Shown here piece by piece: positions 9,101 to 18,644 of a stretch of DNA of 64,000 nt. This stretch comes from a bacterium (lineage in GTDB: Bacteria; Omnitrophota; Gorgyraeia; Zapsychrales; Zapsychraceae), in contig JAUIER010000002.1 in the NCBI GenBank assembly GCA_030429765.1, positions 42,126 to 106,125 of the forward strand. The letters run 5' to 3'. The notes beneath the pieces were generated by a model. It was not told where the DNA came from and searched no databases. It was given only the letters and a program-made list of their open reading frames with translations. How positions within the stretch are numbered: position 1 is the stretch's first letter; the number at the start of each line of letters is the position of its first letter. Both the position numbers and the translations under genes were made by a program.

Positions 9101-10484
9101 GAACACTCTTGGAATAAGACTGCTGACGGATACGCAGATGTTCGACGATGTCGTACCCGATCCGGTTAATGTCTCCGGCACCGAGGGTAATCACCAGGTC
9201 ACCGGGGGCTACAATTTTTAATACGTGGTTAAGGATGTTCTCTTTTCTTATATACAAAACCGGTTTGTCAGTAAACTTTTGAATATCCTGAACAAATCGC
9301 TGAGCATTGATTTGATCAATCGGATTCTCACTCGCCGCATACACATCCGAGACGATTAAATGGTCGACATCGATCATACTGTCCATAAAATCCCGCCATA
9401 AGGCCTTGAGCCGTGTGTAGCGATGCGGTTGAAACAGTGCGATCACCCGGCCTTCTGAACATTCCTTGGCCGTCTGCAGGGTTGTGGCAATCTCCGTCGG
9501 ATGATGGGCATAGTCGTCGATCACCCGAATATTGTCGACACACCCAAGCTCCTCAAACCGCCGCTGCACCCCCGTATAATTCTGCAGACTTTGACGGATG
9601 ACGTCCATGTCGACACCGATCGTATACCCCAGACAAATACAGGCCAGCGCATTGGCAATATTGTGCCGTCCGGGAACATTCAACAGGATCTCACCCTGAC
9701 GCTGCCCGTCGATCAGACATTCAAATCTCGACTGGTTCCCTTCCTGACGGACATTGATAGCCATCACCAGATCATCGCTGGAGAAACCAAAGGTGACAAA
9801 ACGCCGACCTGATTGCCGGATTAAATCACACATCCGTTTGTCATCTCCAAACGCTATAATCAACCCGTCATCCGCGGTACGGCGAAAATACTTTCCATAA
9901 GCCTCCGCAATATTCTTCCAACTATGATAGTAATCAAGATGTTCAAGATCCATGTTGGTGATAACAGAATAGAACGGTGAAAAATACAGGAAAGATCCGT
10001 CACTCTCATCGACCTCGGCCACAAAATACTTGCCTTGTCCCAGCGCCGCATGTGAATGCTCACCATTGACAATCCCGCCGATGGCCGATGTCGGCTGCAG
10101 CCCCGCAAGGCTCATCATCTGGCCGATCATCGACGTGGTCGTGGTCTTGCCGTGCGCGCCGGCCACAGTAATGGCCTTGTGTTCACGCATAAGCTCCGAC
10201 AATACCTGCGCCCGTTTCAGGGTTGGAATCCGATGTTGTTCCGCCGCGGCAAGCTCACAGTTAGAACCTGAAATCGCCGACGAGTAAACGACGACATCGG
10301 CATTCATCACATTTGCCGCATCGTGTCCGATCACAATCCGAGCCCCTTTATTTCGCAATCGTCGCACCATCGGATTCTCTCTGACATCGGAGCCTCCGAC
10401 AGAATAGCCTTTATCCAGCAGCAACGATGCGATCGTTCCCATTCCAATGCCGCCAATTCCGATTAAGTGGTAGTGTTTAGTCAT
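9093..10484 (-). CDS. murC: UDP-N-acetylmuramate--L-alanine ligase
   Basis: HLIGIGGIGMGTIA..., GAHGKTTTTSM and the Mur ligase fold. ATG at 10484; the track's first M at 10490 is a TTG. Confidence 0.9.
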   Translation of the reverse strand: MTKHYHLIGIGGIGMGTIASLLLDKGYSVGGSDVRENPMVRRLRNKGARIVIGHDAANVMNADVVVYSSAISGSNCELAAAEQHRIPTLKRAQVLSELMREHKAITVAGAHGKTTTTSMIGQMMSLAGLQPTSAIGGIVNGEHSHAALGQGKYFVAEVDESDGSFLYFSPFYSVITNMDLEHLDYYHSWKNIAEAYGKYFRRTADDGLIIAFGDDKRMCDLIRQSGRRFVTFGFSSDDLVMAINVRQEGNQSRFECLIDGQRQGEILLNVPGRHNIANALACICLGYTIGVDMDVIRQSLQNYTGVQRRFEELGCVDNIRVIDDYAHHPTEIATTLQTAKECSEGRVIALFQPHRYTRLKALWRDFMDSMIDVDHLIVSDVYAASENPIDQINAQRFVQDIQKFTDKPVLYIRKENILNHVLKIVAPGDLVITLGAGDINRIGYDIVEHLRIRQQSYSKSVHE

Positions 10485-11250
10485 CTTCAAGAAATTTCAC
10501 CCAGGCCTTGTTCAGGCGTTCAATATTTTTATACCGGACATAAATCGAATCCAACGCCCACTCAAATGGTTTGCCGTCCTTGAGCTTTCGGCAAAAACGG
10601 ACAAATTTGTTTGTACCGTGTTCATTGATCAAAAACTTTACCGCACTGGCCGACTCGGCATAAAATAATTCAATCCCCTTCTTGCTCATGCCACGGTGGG
10701 GACGCATCAATGTCAACTGCTCAAGCGGTATAAACTTATCCGCCTTGATGGCTTCACGGACGAGATCATGCGATCCGAAACGACGGGCGCGCTCGACGTA
10801 CATAGCCACCCCTTCCTCAAACCATAATGGAACATCGGCGTTGTATCCGACAAATTCCCGAAAAATAATATGGCCCAATTCGTGCGGTAACGTCGAATCA
10901 AAAAATCCATGCGCGGTTGGAAATGTGCGAATCGTCCGCTCCGTCGGTGACGCCGATCCATGTGACCATCTGGCCTGCCGTCCCGCCGTGACGTAATCTT
11001 CGGAGCTGTCGTAGATATAAATCTTGACCCTGTTCTTGTAAGCCCAGGACTTGGTCCGTCGAAAACCCAGATCCTTGATGATACTGTCGTAATACTCTTC
11101 AGTGGCCTTCTCAACGGCATCAACAAAATCCTTGGGAGCTTCATTGTAGAAAATCTGGACATGACGGCCGCTGCGCTCCGTCCAGTCCGCAGCCAACGCG
11201 CTTGTTCCCAACATCGCGGTCGTGATGATACCCCCTATCAAAGTTGTCAC
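10477..11250 (-). CDS. Secreted zinc metallopeptidase, gluzincin / Peptidase_MA-like (HExxH...E)
   Basis: Signal peptide MTTLIGGIITTAMLGTSALA. HELGH is followed after 18 residues by WFEEG, the gluzincin spacing. Inserted between murG and murC, with 4-8 nt overlaps on both sides. Confidence 0.65.
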   Translation of the reverse strand: MTTLIGGIITTAMLGTSALAADWTERSGRHVQIFYNEAPKDFVDAVEKATEEYYDSIIKDLGFRRTKSWAYKNRVKIYIYDSSEDYVTAGRQARWSHGSASPTERTIRTFPTAHGFFDSTLPHELGHIIFREFVGYNADVPLWFEEGVAMYVERARRFGSHDLVREAIKADKFIPLEQLTLMRPHRGMSKKGIELFYAESASAVKFLINEHGTNKFVRFCRKLKDGKPFEWALDSIYVRYKNIERLNKAWVKFLEDD

Positions 11251-12329
11251 GATTCGTGGTGTAATTGCAGTAGCTCCTGTGTCAGTCGTTGTGTTGAGGT
11301 TTGAATGTACAATTCAGCTTCGACTCGGGCAAAGTCATCCGATTTCGGCCGGCCGTTGATCCGTTCGCAAACTGTGTCAGCCAGTCGTTGCGGCGTTAGC
11401 TCTGACTGATCAATGAGACAGCCTAACGATGCATCTGCCACAACCCGGGCATTTTCCCGCTGATGCCCTCCCGCATAAGGATAGGGGATCAAGATAGACG
11501 GACAACGAAAATGAACTAATTCCAAGATTGTTGACGCCCCGGCCCGGCAAACCACTAGATCGCTCGCCGACATTAACTCCTGTAAAGGCCGGTAAAATTC
11601 ATGAACGACCGCTCGAACGTCCGCCTGCTGATACCGTTCGGCGATCCCGTGCGACTTCCCTCGTCCGGTCAAATGGATAACTTGATAATCAATTCGGCCC
11701 TTGATTATTTCGCACGCTTCCGAAAATGTCTCATTGATAATTTGACTGCCTTGACTGCCACCGAAAACCAGAATGGTCGTCTTATCGGGAACGAGACCTA
11801 AGGATTCTAAAATCTGACCTTTCGGACGTACCGACGGCAATGTCGCAATCGGACATCCAGTGACTACTGTCGGCTTACCGATAAAATGTTTCTCTGACGG
11901 TTTAAAGCTCAATGCAATCTTGGAGACCCGGTTCTTCAGCATCCGGTTGGCCCGTCCCGGCACGACATTTTGCTCGTGAATCAGTGTTGGTAACCGCAAC
12001 AAACTCGCCGCGTATACCACGGGAAAGGCTCCATATCCGCCAAAGCCGGCGACGCATTGCGGCGCGATGTTTTTTAAACGCCGCAGACTTACGATTATCG
12101 CAACAACTAGTGAGCAGGCCGCCCGGCAATCTTTCCAAAACCCGTCTCGCTGTAAACCGCGGGCGTTAAGCTCGATCGATTCTAAACCAGCCGCCGCAAT
12201 TTCCTTTGACGCGACGCTGAAACTTCCCATCAGGACCACTTCATGACCAAGCCGCTTGAGTTCCATCCCAACCTGTAGCGCCGGAAACAAGTGACCGGCC
12301 GTTCCGCCCGCCGCTAACACCACCTTCAT
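11247..12329 (-). CDS. murG: UDP-GlcNAc:MurNAc-pentapeptide-PP-undecaprenol GlcNAc transferase
   Basis: MKVVLAAGGTAGHLFPAL..., a GT28 fold, and the dcw position. Confidence 0.9.
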   Translation of the reverse strand: MKVVLAAGGTAGHLFPALQVGMELKRLGHEVVLMGSFSVASKEIAAAGLESIELNARGLQRDGFWKDCRAACSLVVAIIVSLRRLKNIAPQCVAGFGGYGAFPVVYAASLLRLPTLIHEQNVVPGRANRMLKNRVSKIALSFKPSEKHFIGKPTVVTGCPIATLPSVRPKGQILESLGLVPDKTTILVFGGSQGSQIINETFSEACEIIKGRIDYQVIHLTGRGKSHGIAERYQQADVRAVVHEFYRPLQELMSASDLVVCRAGASTILELVHFRCPSILIPYPYAGGHQRENARVVADASLGCLIDQSELTPQRLADTVCERINGRPKSDDFARVEAELYIQTSTQRLTQELLQLHHES

Positions 12330-13414
12330 AAATCTTCTATCCGGGAAATATTAAGTAACAGTCCAATCGACACCATATGAAAAACAAGCGCGGATCCGCC
12401 ATAGCTGATAAATGGCAAAGGCAACCCTTTGGTTGGAAACGCGCCGATGCTCACACCGATATTAACGACCGCCTGAAGTCCGATCATCGACACAATACCC
12501 AGGGCTAAGAAATACCCAAACGGATCTGTAGTCCGCTTGGTAATGCGCGCTCCCTGCCAAATCAGGGCCATAAACAGGAAGACTGTCACAATAGTTCCGA
12601 TAAGTCCGAGCTCTTCACCGATAATCGAGAGAATAAAATCCGTATGGGCCGCCGGCAGATAAAACAGCTTCTGCATGCTCTGCCCGAGTCCCACGCCGAA
12701 CACGCCCCCCGAACCCAGGGCAATCTGGGATTGGGATAGTTGAAAACCCACCCCCTGACTATCTTTCCAGGGATCCAAAAAGGCGATGATACGTCGCATC
12801 CGGTACGGCTCGCTCAGAACCAGATAGACCAGTAATGGAACGGCCATCGCCACCAGCCCCCCTAGATACATCAATCGGGTTCCAGCGACATACATCATAA
12901 TAAAAACTATCGACGCGATCAGGACCGAACTACCTAAATCCGGCTGTTTGACAATGAGCAAGCATACACTCCCCATTATAATCAATAACGGCAAAAATCC
13001 TTGTACAAATTTAGTTATTTTTCCCTGTTTTCTCGCCAAGAAGTCCGCTGTGTAGATCATAATCGAAAGCTTGGCAAATTCTGAAGGCTGAAAGCTGATC
13101 GGCCCCAGCTTAAACCACCGCCGCGCCCCAAAACTGGAAGTTCCAACACCGGGAATCAGTACCAGGGCGAGCATCACAAACGATGCGATCATCAACGGCT
13201 TGGCCCATTTTCTTAGATGCCGATAATCCATAGACATGACCAGAAACGTCATAATCGTACCGATGCCCAGAAAAACCAGATGACGGCCGATAAAATACGT
13301 CCGGCTGCCCAAACGTTCAGAGGCATACACGCCGCTGGATGAATAGATCATCACAATACCCAGACAGATCAGGCAGGTGACAATACTCGCCACCGAAATT
13401 CGCAAATTACGCAT
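12326..13414 (-). CDS. ftsW: SEDS-family lipid II flippase/polymerase FtsW
   Basis: 10-TM SEDS protein located between murD and murG. Confidence 0.88.
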   Translation of the reverse strand: MRNLRISVASIVTCLICLGIVMIYSSSGVYASERLGSRTYFIGRHLVFLGIGTIMTFLVMSMDYRHLRKWAKPLMIASFVMLALVLIPGVGTSSFGARRWFKLGPISFQPSEFAKLSIMIYTADFLARKQGKITKFVQGFLPLLIIMGSVCLLIVKQPDLGSSVLIASIVFIMMYVAGTRLMYLGGLVAMAVPLLVYLVLSEPYRMRRIIAFLDPWKDSQGVGFQLSQSQIALGSGGVFGVGLGQSMQKLFYLPAAHTDFILSIIGEELGLIGTIVTVFLFMALIWQGARITKRTTDPFGYFLALGIVSMIGLQAVVNIGVSIGAFPTKGLPLPFISYGGSALVFHMVSIGLLLNISRIEDL

Positions 13415-14729
13415 GACTCTCCACCTTCAAAGCATTGACAAGCGACTTGAAAACCCTTCCGCGCTCCTCGTAATCCCGGAACATATCGAAACTCGCGCAC
13501 ATCGGACTGAACAAAACCGTATCTCCCGCTTTCGCCTGCTGCTGCGCAAACCGCACGGCTTCGTCCAGCGAATCGCATTCCGTGATCGGACAAACCGACT
13601 CCAACGCCTGTCGAATCTTGGCACGGGCTTCACCAATCAGGATCAGATGATCCACACGTTCGGCAACCAGATCACGGATGACCGAATAATCCATATTCTT
13701 ATCCCGCCCCCCGCAAATAAACAGCAACGGTGCAGGTGTTTGATTCAAGGCCCACCGGCCGGCCTCCGCCGTCGTGGATTTGGAATCATTGATATACTTG
13801 ACCCCGTCTATATTCCGGACAAATTCCAACCGATGCTCCACGCCCTTGAAATCCTTCAATACTTTCTCGAAATACGATCGATCGATCTTTAAGATATCCA
13901 TGACTTCATGGATCGCCAAAAAATTGGGATTCAAATCTCCGGATGAATCCCCTTTGCCACTGTTACCGCCAAACGGACGCACTTGCGATTTCAATGTATC
14001 TCCAAACGTCTTGATCCGTGGGTTTGCGGTATTCAACACAGCATAGTCACTGGCTTCCTGATTGATAAACAACCGAGCCTTGGCAAAAAAATACTCATCC
14101 ATATCTCGATGTCTATCCAGATGATTTTGACTAAAGTTTAATAAAACGCCGATCATTGGCCGGAATCCACGAACATAACCTCGCCGACGGTCCGGATTAT
14201 ATTCGGCTAAAACAGATTCCATTTGAAAAGAGCTTACCTCCAGCACAACATAATCACAACCGGCTAGATCCTGACACGCCTCGGAGAACGGCAATCCTAT
14301 ATTTCCGCACAATCGAGATTTATATCCCGCCGCTGTTAATGTCTGGTGAATTAACGTGCTTACTGTGGTTTTGCCATTGCTTCCGGTCACCGCGATAATC
14401 GGAACATCACAAAACTCCGATGCAAATTCAACCTCACCCATCACCGTTATGAGCATCCCGGTCACCCACTGGATCACTCGAGAATCCAATCGAACCCCCG
14501 GACTGATGACCACATAGTCACTTCCTCGGATAAACTCGGGAGAATGCCCATTGTGCTCCAATTCAACCTGATGCTCGTTCAGCCATTCCAAATCCGTCGA
14601 CGCAATGCTGGCCTCAGGCCCACCATGTGAAATTCTCGCAACTCCTCCATTCTGTACCACCAATCGAGCCAAGGCCAAACCACTCCGTTGGGCACCGAGA
14701 ATCGTCACTTTTTTCTGATGGATGTTCAT
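13407..14729 (-). CDS. murD: UDP-N-acetylmuramoylalanine--D-glutamate ligase
   Basis: MNIHQKKVTILGAQRSGLALARL..., GSNGKTT and the Mur ligase C-terminus. The ATG at 14729 was verified; the track extension overlaps mraY. Confidence 0.9.
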   Translation of the reverse strand: MNIHQKKVTILGAQRSGLALARLVVQNGGVARISHGGPEASIASTDLEWLNEHQVELEHNGHSPEFIRGSDYVVISPGVRLDSRVIQWVTGMLITVMGEVEFASEFCDVPIIAVTGSNGKTTVSTLIHQTLTAAGYKSRLCGNIGLPFSEACQDLAGCDYVVLEVSSFQMESVLAEYNPDRRRGYVRGFRPMIGVLLNFSQNHLDRHRDMDEYFFAKARLFINQEASDYAVLNTANPRIKTFGDTLKSQVRPFGGNSGKGDSSGDLNPNFLAIHEVMDILKIDRSYFEKVLKDFKGVEHRLEFVRNIDGVKYINDSKSTTAEAGRWALNQTPAPLLFICGGRDKNMDYSVIRDLVAERVDHLILIGEARAKIRQALESVCPITECDSLDEAVRFAQQQAKAGDTVLFSPMCASFDMFRDYEERGRVFKSLVNALKVESHA

Positions 14730-14734
14730 ATCAA

Positions 14735-15820
14735 TTACCTGATCTTTAAGGTTGTTAAGGCCAGCATGGCCATGATGACCGCGAGGATCCAGAATCGAAT
14801 GATAATCTTGGATTCCGCCCAACCGGACATCTGAAGATGATGATGAAACGGCGCGATCTTAAAAATACGCCGTCCGAACACACGGAATGAAAACACCTGC
14901 AGGATCACAGAGACCGCCTCAATCACAAAAACGCCCCCGATAATAACGAGCAATAATTCTTTCTTGATCATCACGGCAATCACACCCAGTGTACCGCCCA
15001 ATGAAAGTGATCCTGTATCGCCCATAAACACTGAGGCCGGCGGACAATTAAACCACAAAAACCCCAGGCTTGCCCCGACGATAGCGGCGCAAAATACCGT
15101 CAACTCTCCCACCCCAGCGATGTACGGTATAAATAAGTAACTACTGAAATTCAAATGTCCCGTGATATAGCACAGAATAGACAAGGTCAGACTCACCACC
15201 AAAATACACCCAATGGCCAATCCATCCAAACCGTCCGTGAGATTCACCGCGTTCGACGTTCCGATCACAACCATCGCCACGAACGGGATATACCACAACC
15301 CGATATTCAAGACCACATCCTTAAAAAACGGAAAGTCCACCAGTGTCGATGTATCAGGGTTAAAGTAAACATATGACCCGATAAATCCGCCTAGTAGAAT
15401 CTGCCACAGCAGCTTGCTTCGTTTGCCCAGGCCGCGCTTGCCGATCCCCTTGAGTTTGCGATAATCGTCGACCCAACCCAACACGGCCAGATAAAAACTC
15501 GTCAACAACGCGATCAACACATAGCGGTTGGTCAAATCTCCCCACAACAGGACGGAGAATATGATACTCCCGACGATAAACAGACCTCCCATCGTCGGGG
15601 TTCCCTCTTTGGCTGATTGAAATTGGTCCAGATCAGGACAGTCATCCCGCTTGGCGACTTCCCCGATCTTCATTGCGCGGAGCTTGCGGATAAAAATCGG
15701 TCCAAGGATGACGCACAACAAGAAGGTCGTGATGGCGGCCATTCCCGTGCGAAATGTGATGTAGCGAAATATATTAAATCCGAAATAAACGTCGCGAAGC
15801 TCTGAAAGAAAGTAAAACAT
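14735..15820 (-). CDS. mraY: Phospho-N-acetylmuramoyl-pentapeptide transferase
   Basis: Polytopic protein with the MraY motifs NxxNxxDGxDGL and VFMGDTGS. Confidence 0.92.
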   Translation of the reverse strand: MFYFLSELRDVYFGFNIFRYITFRTGMAAITTFLLCVILGPIFIRKLRAMKIGEVAKRDDCPDLDQFQSAKEGTPTMGGLFIVGSIIFSVLLWGDLTNRYVLIALLTSFYLAVLGWVDDYRKLKGIGKRGLGKRSKLLWQILLGGFIGSYVYFNPDTSTLVDFPFFKDVVLNIGLWYIPFVAMVVIGTSNAVNLTDGLDGLAIGCILVVSLTLSILCYITGHLNFSSYLFIPYIAGVGELTVFCAAIVGASLGFLWFNCPPASVFMGDTGSLSLGGTLGVIAVMIKKELLLVIIGGVFVIEAVSVILQVFSFRVFGRRIFKIAPFHHHLQMSGWAESKIIIRFWILAVIMAMLALTTLKIR

Positions 15821-15822
15821 GT

Positions 15823-17193
15823 TTAGGCCATGACCTTTGATTGGATCGCGTTGACCACCTTTTCCATATGCATGGATCGCGATCCCTTGACTAGAATAAA
15901 ATCGCCCGCTTTCACATCATCCAGCAGACACGCAATTAAATCTTCGTGTGCGTCAAAGTGGCGGACATGCTTTCCGTCCACGGATTTCAACTCATCGGCG
16001 ATTACCGCCGTGAACTGGCCCAATGTGTATACATAATCAATATCGGAGGCGCGGATTTGCCCTGCTACCTGACGATGAAAAAACTCTGACTGTTCTCCCA
16101 GCTCCAGCATATCTCCGCATACAAATATCTTGCGGCCGCTGACCTGAAACCGTTTGGCTAAATCAATCGACGCCTCAACCGACAACGGATTGGCATTGTA
16201 TGAATCATCGCATACCCAAATATCGCCGCATCGATTTATGTTTCCGCGATTGTCATCCAGACGAAATTCAAGTAAGCGATCCTTAATCGTATTATAGTCC
16301 AGCCCGAAGAGGGCTCCACAACAAATTCCGATTAATGCATTGTAAATTTGATGCCTCCCAAGTGCTTTGAGCACATACTGTTTGGAATCAACCTGGAAAC
16401 AAAGTGCGGCCGGATTTTCGGATTCCAGGGGTACCGCCTGAGTGTCTGATTCGTTGCGGATTGAATAACTCACATACTGGATGTGTGACGTTGACCGGCT
16501 TGGAAGACGTTTAAGATACGAGTCGTCCGCATTGTAGACGACCGTCCCGTTTGACCTTAAGAAATCCACCAGCGTGGATTTTTCCTGATAAACACCGTCT
16601 CTGTCCTTTAGGCCCTGCAAATGAGAATCCCCGATGTTCGTAAATACGGCCACCGTGGGCTCAGCGATCTCAGCCAGCCACCCAATGTCACCTGGCTGAT
16701 TGGTGCCAAGTTCCAGGACCGCGATCTCATGGTCTGGCCTCATCTGAAAAATCGTCAGCGGCACGCCGATCCAATTGTTCAAGGAACGTTCATTCTTGAG
16801 CACCTTGTACCGCGCGCTCAATACGTGGGCCAACAAATTCTTGACCGTCGTCTTGCCGGCACTGCCCGTGATTGCGATTACCGGGATATCAAATTTCCGA
16901 CGATACTGCCGCGCCATCTCACCCAACGCCCGGACGGTATCATCAACCCGCAGCACCACGACCTTTTCGGCAACGACAGGGATCTCCCGCGAAACCATGA
17001 CGGCAGAAGCCCCCTGCTGTATCGCTTCATTCACAAATTTGTGCCCGTCGTGAACAGCCCCTTTGATCGCCACATACATCGATCCGGGCTGGATAGTCCT
17101 GGAATCAATTGAGACATTGGAAACAGGGACATTGTCCGCCCCCTGCAAAAAACTGGCCTGTGTGGCTGAAATAATTTCTGGAATGGTTAACAT
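15823..17193 (-). CDS. murF: UDP-MurNAc-tripeptide--D-Ala-D-Ala ligase
   Basis: Mur ligase family, GSAGKTT, located between murE and mraY. Confidence 0.9.
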   Translation of the reverse strand: MLTIPEIISATQASFLQGADNVPVSNVSIDSRTIQPGSMYVAIKGAVHDGHKFVNEAIQQGASAVMVSREIPVVAEKVVVLRVDDTVRALGEMARQYRRKFDIPVIAITGSAGKTTVKNLLAHVLSARYKVLKNERSLNNWIGVPLTIFQMRPDHEIAVLELGTNQPGDIGWLAEIAEPTVAVFTNIGDSHLQGLKDRDGVYQEKSTLVDFLRSNGTVVYNADDSYLKRLPSRSTSHIQYVSYSIRNESDTQAVPLESENPAALCFQVDSKQYVLKALGRHQIYNALIGICCGALFGLDYNTIKDRLLEFRLDDNRGNINRCGDIWVCDDSYNANPLSVEASIDLAKRFQVSGRKIFVCGDMLELGEQSEFFHRQVAGQIRASDIDYVYTLGQFTAVIADELKSVDGKHVRHFDAHEDLIACLLDDVKAGDFILVKGSRSMHMEKVVNAIQSKVMA

Positions 17194-18641
17194 CTAAGCA
17201 GCTGCTGAATGATTTTACGTTCATCAAATCTGATCGTTCGATCGCGAAAGATCTGATAATCTTCGTGACCTTTACCGGCGACGAGCACGACATCTCCGCG
17301 CCGGGCCATCTTAAGCGCCTGATCAATCGCCCGCTCACGGTCCACGACAACGGTGTAGTGTTCCCCCTCAAAACCCTCCACGATCTCATCTATAATTGTT
17401 CGAGGATCTTCGCTGCGGGGGTTATCGCTGGTGATAAAACTAAAATCCGCGAGTTGACTCGCCACCTGCGCCATCGCCGGCCGCTTGCTCCGGTCGCGAT
17501 CGCCACCACAACCGAAGACCAAAATGATCTTGGCGTCCGTGGTTTTTCGGATGGTGGTGAGCACATTAAACAGCGCGTCCTGGGTATGGGCATAGTCAAT
17601 GATCACCGAGAAATCCTGCTGACACTCCACGGGCTGCAATCGACCGGGGACAAAATCCAGATACTCAATCCCTTTACGTATCTTCTCGAGATTGACCCCC
17701 TCGTTCAGACAAATCCCGACTGCTGCCAGAATATTGTAGACATTATAATCACCCACCAAATTTGTGCGGATCACAGCGTTGCCTTCCGGTGTAACCAGCT
17801 TAAACTTGGTCCCGCTCATATCCAGCTCAATATCCCTGGCCATGATATCCGCATTCTTTCGAACGCCGTACGTCACAATCCTCGACGACGTGCGAGCGAA
17901 AAGCTTACGTCCGTAATCGTCATCCACATTGATAACTGACAGCGCGTCCGATGACAACCCCGAAAACAATTTGGCCTTGGCCTCAAAATAATTCTGATGT
18001 GTCAGATGATAATCCAGATGGTCGGTGGTCAAATTGGTAAAGGCCGCCGAGCGGTAATCGATCAAATCAACCCGGTTCTGGTCCAGGGCATGCGACGACA
18101 CCTCCATAATACAATACTCCACGTCATCCTTGACCAAATCGGACAGCAGCTTCTGATTATCCAAAAAACCGGGAGTTGTATTCTGCGCGGGAATCAACCG
18201 TTCACCAATCCGGTAATTGACGGTGCCGATCACACCACAACTGTGCTCGGCCTCATGCAAAATCGATTCCACCAGGTAGGCAATCGTTGTCTTGCCGTTG
18301 GTTCCGGTAATGCCGATCACCTTAATGTGATCGGAGGGCCGACCGTAAAACTTCGCCGCCGTCTCCCGCATCAATCCGGCCGGCGATTCGGTTTCGATAA
18401 AGCAAACTTCAGGATATCGGAATTTATCTCGAAACTGATGGGCGGCCACCGCGACAGCGCCGCGGGCAATCGCCTCGTCAATAAATTCGTTCCCATCAAA
18501 TGTCCCGCCGGGCAGCGCGAAAAACAGACAGCCGGCATCGGCTTTTCGAGAATCGCAACACAATGAAGCAATGGAAAGATGCTGAAATGTGGGATCGATT
18601 AATGGGCATAAGGATTCGTTGAGCAGGTCATATAGTTGCAT
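17187..18641 (-). CDS. murE: UDP-MurNAc-L-Ala-D-Glu--2,6-diaminopimelate ligase
   Basis: GITGTNGKTT. The DNPR motif (ITSDNPRSEDP) indicates meso-DAP specificity. Confidence 0.9.
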   Translation of the reverse strand: MQLYDLLNESLCPLIDPTFQHLSIASLCCDSRKADAGCLFFALPGGTFDGNEFIDEAIARGAVAVAAHQFRDKFRYPEVCFIETESPAGLMRETAAKFYGRPSDHIKVIGITGTNGKTTIAYLVESILHEAEHSCGVIGTVNYRIGERLIPAQNTTPGFLDNQKLLSDLVKDDVEYCIMEVSSHALDQNRVDLIDYRSAAFTNLTTDHLDYHLTHQNYFEAKAKLFSGLSSDALSVINVDDDYGRKLFARTSSRIVTYGVRKNADIMARDIELDMSGTKFKLVTPEGNAVIRTNLVGDYNVYNILAAVGICLNEGVNLEKIRKGIEYLDFVPGRLQPVECQQDFSVIIDYAHTQDALFNVLTTIRKTTDAKIILVFGCGGDRDRSKRPAMAQVASQLADFSFITSDNPRSEDPRTIIDEIVEGFEGEHYTVVVDRERAIDQALKMARRGDVVLVAGKGHEDYQIFRDRTIRFDERKIIQQLLRC

Positions 18642-18644
18642 AGT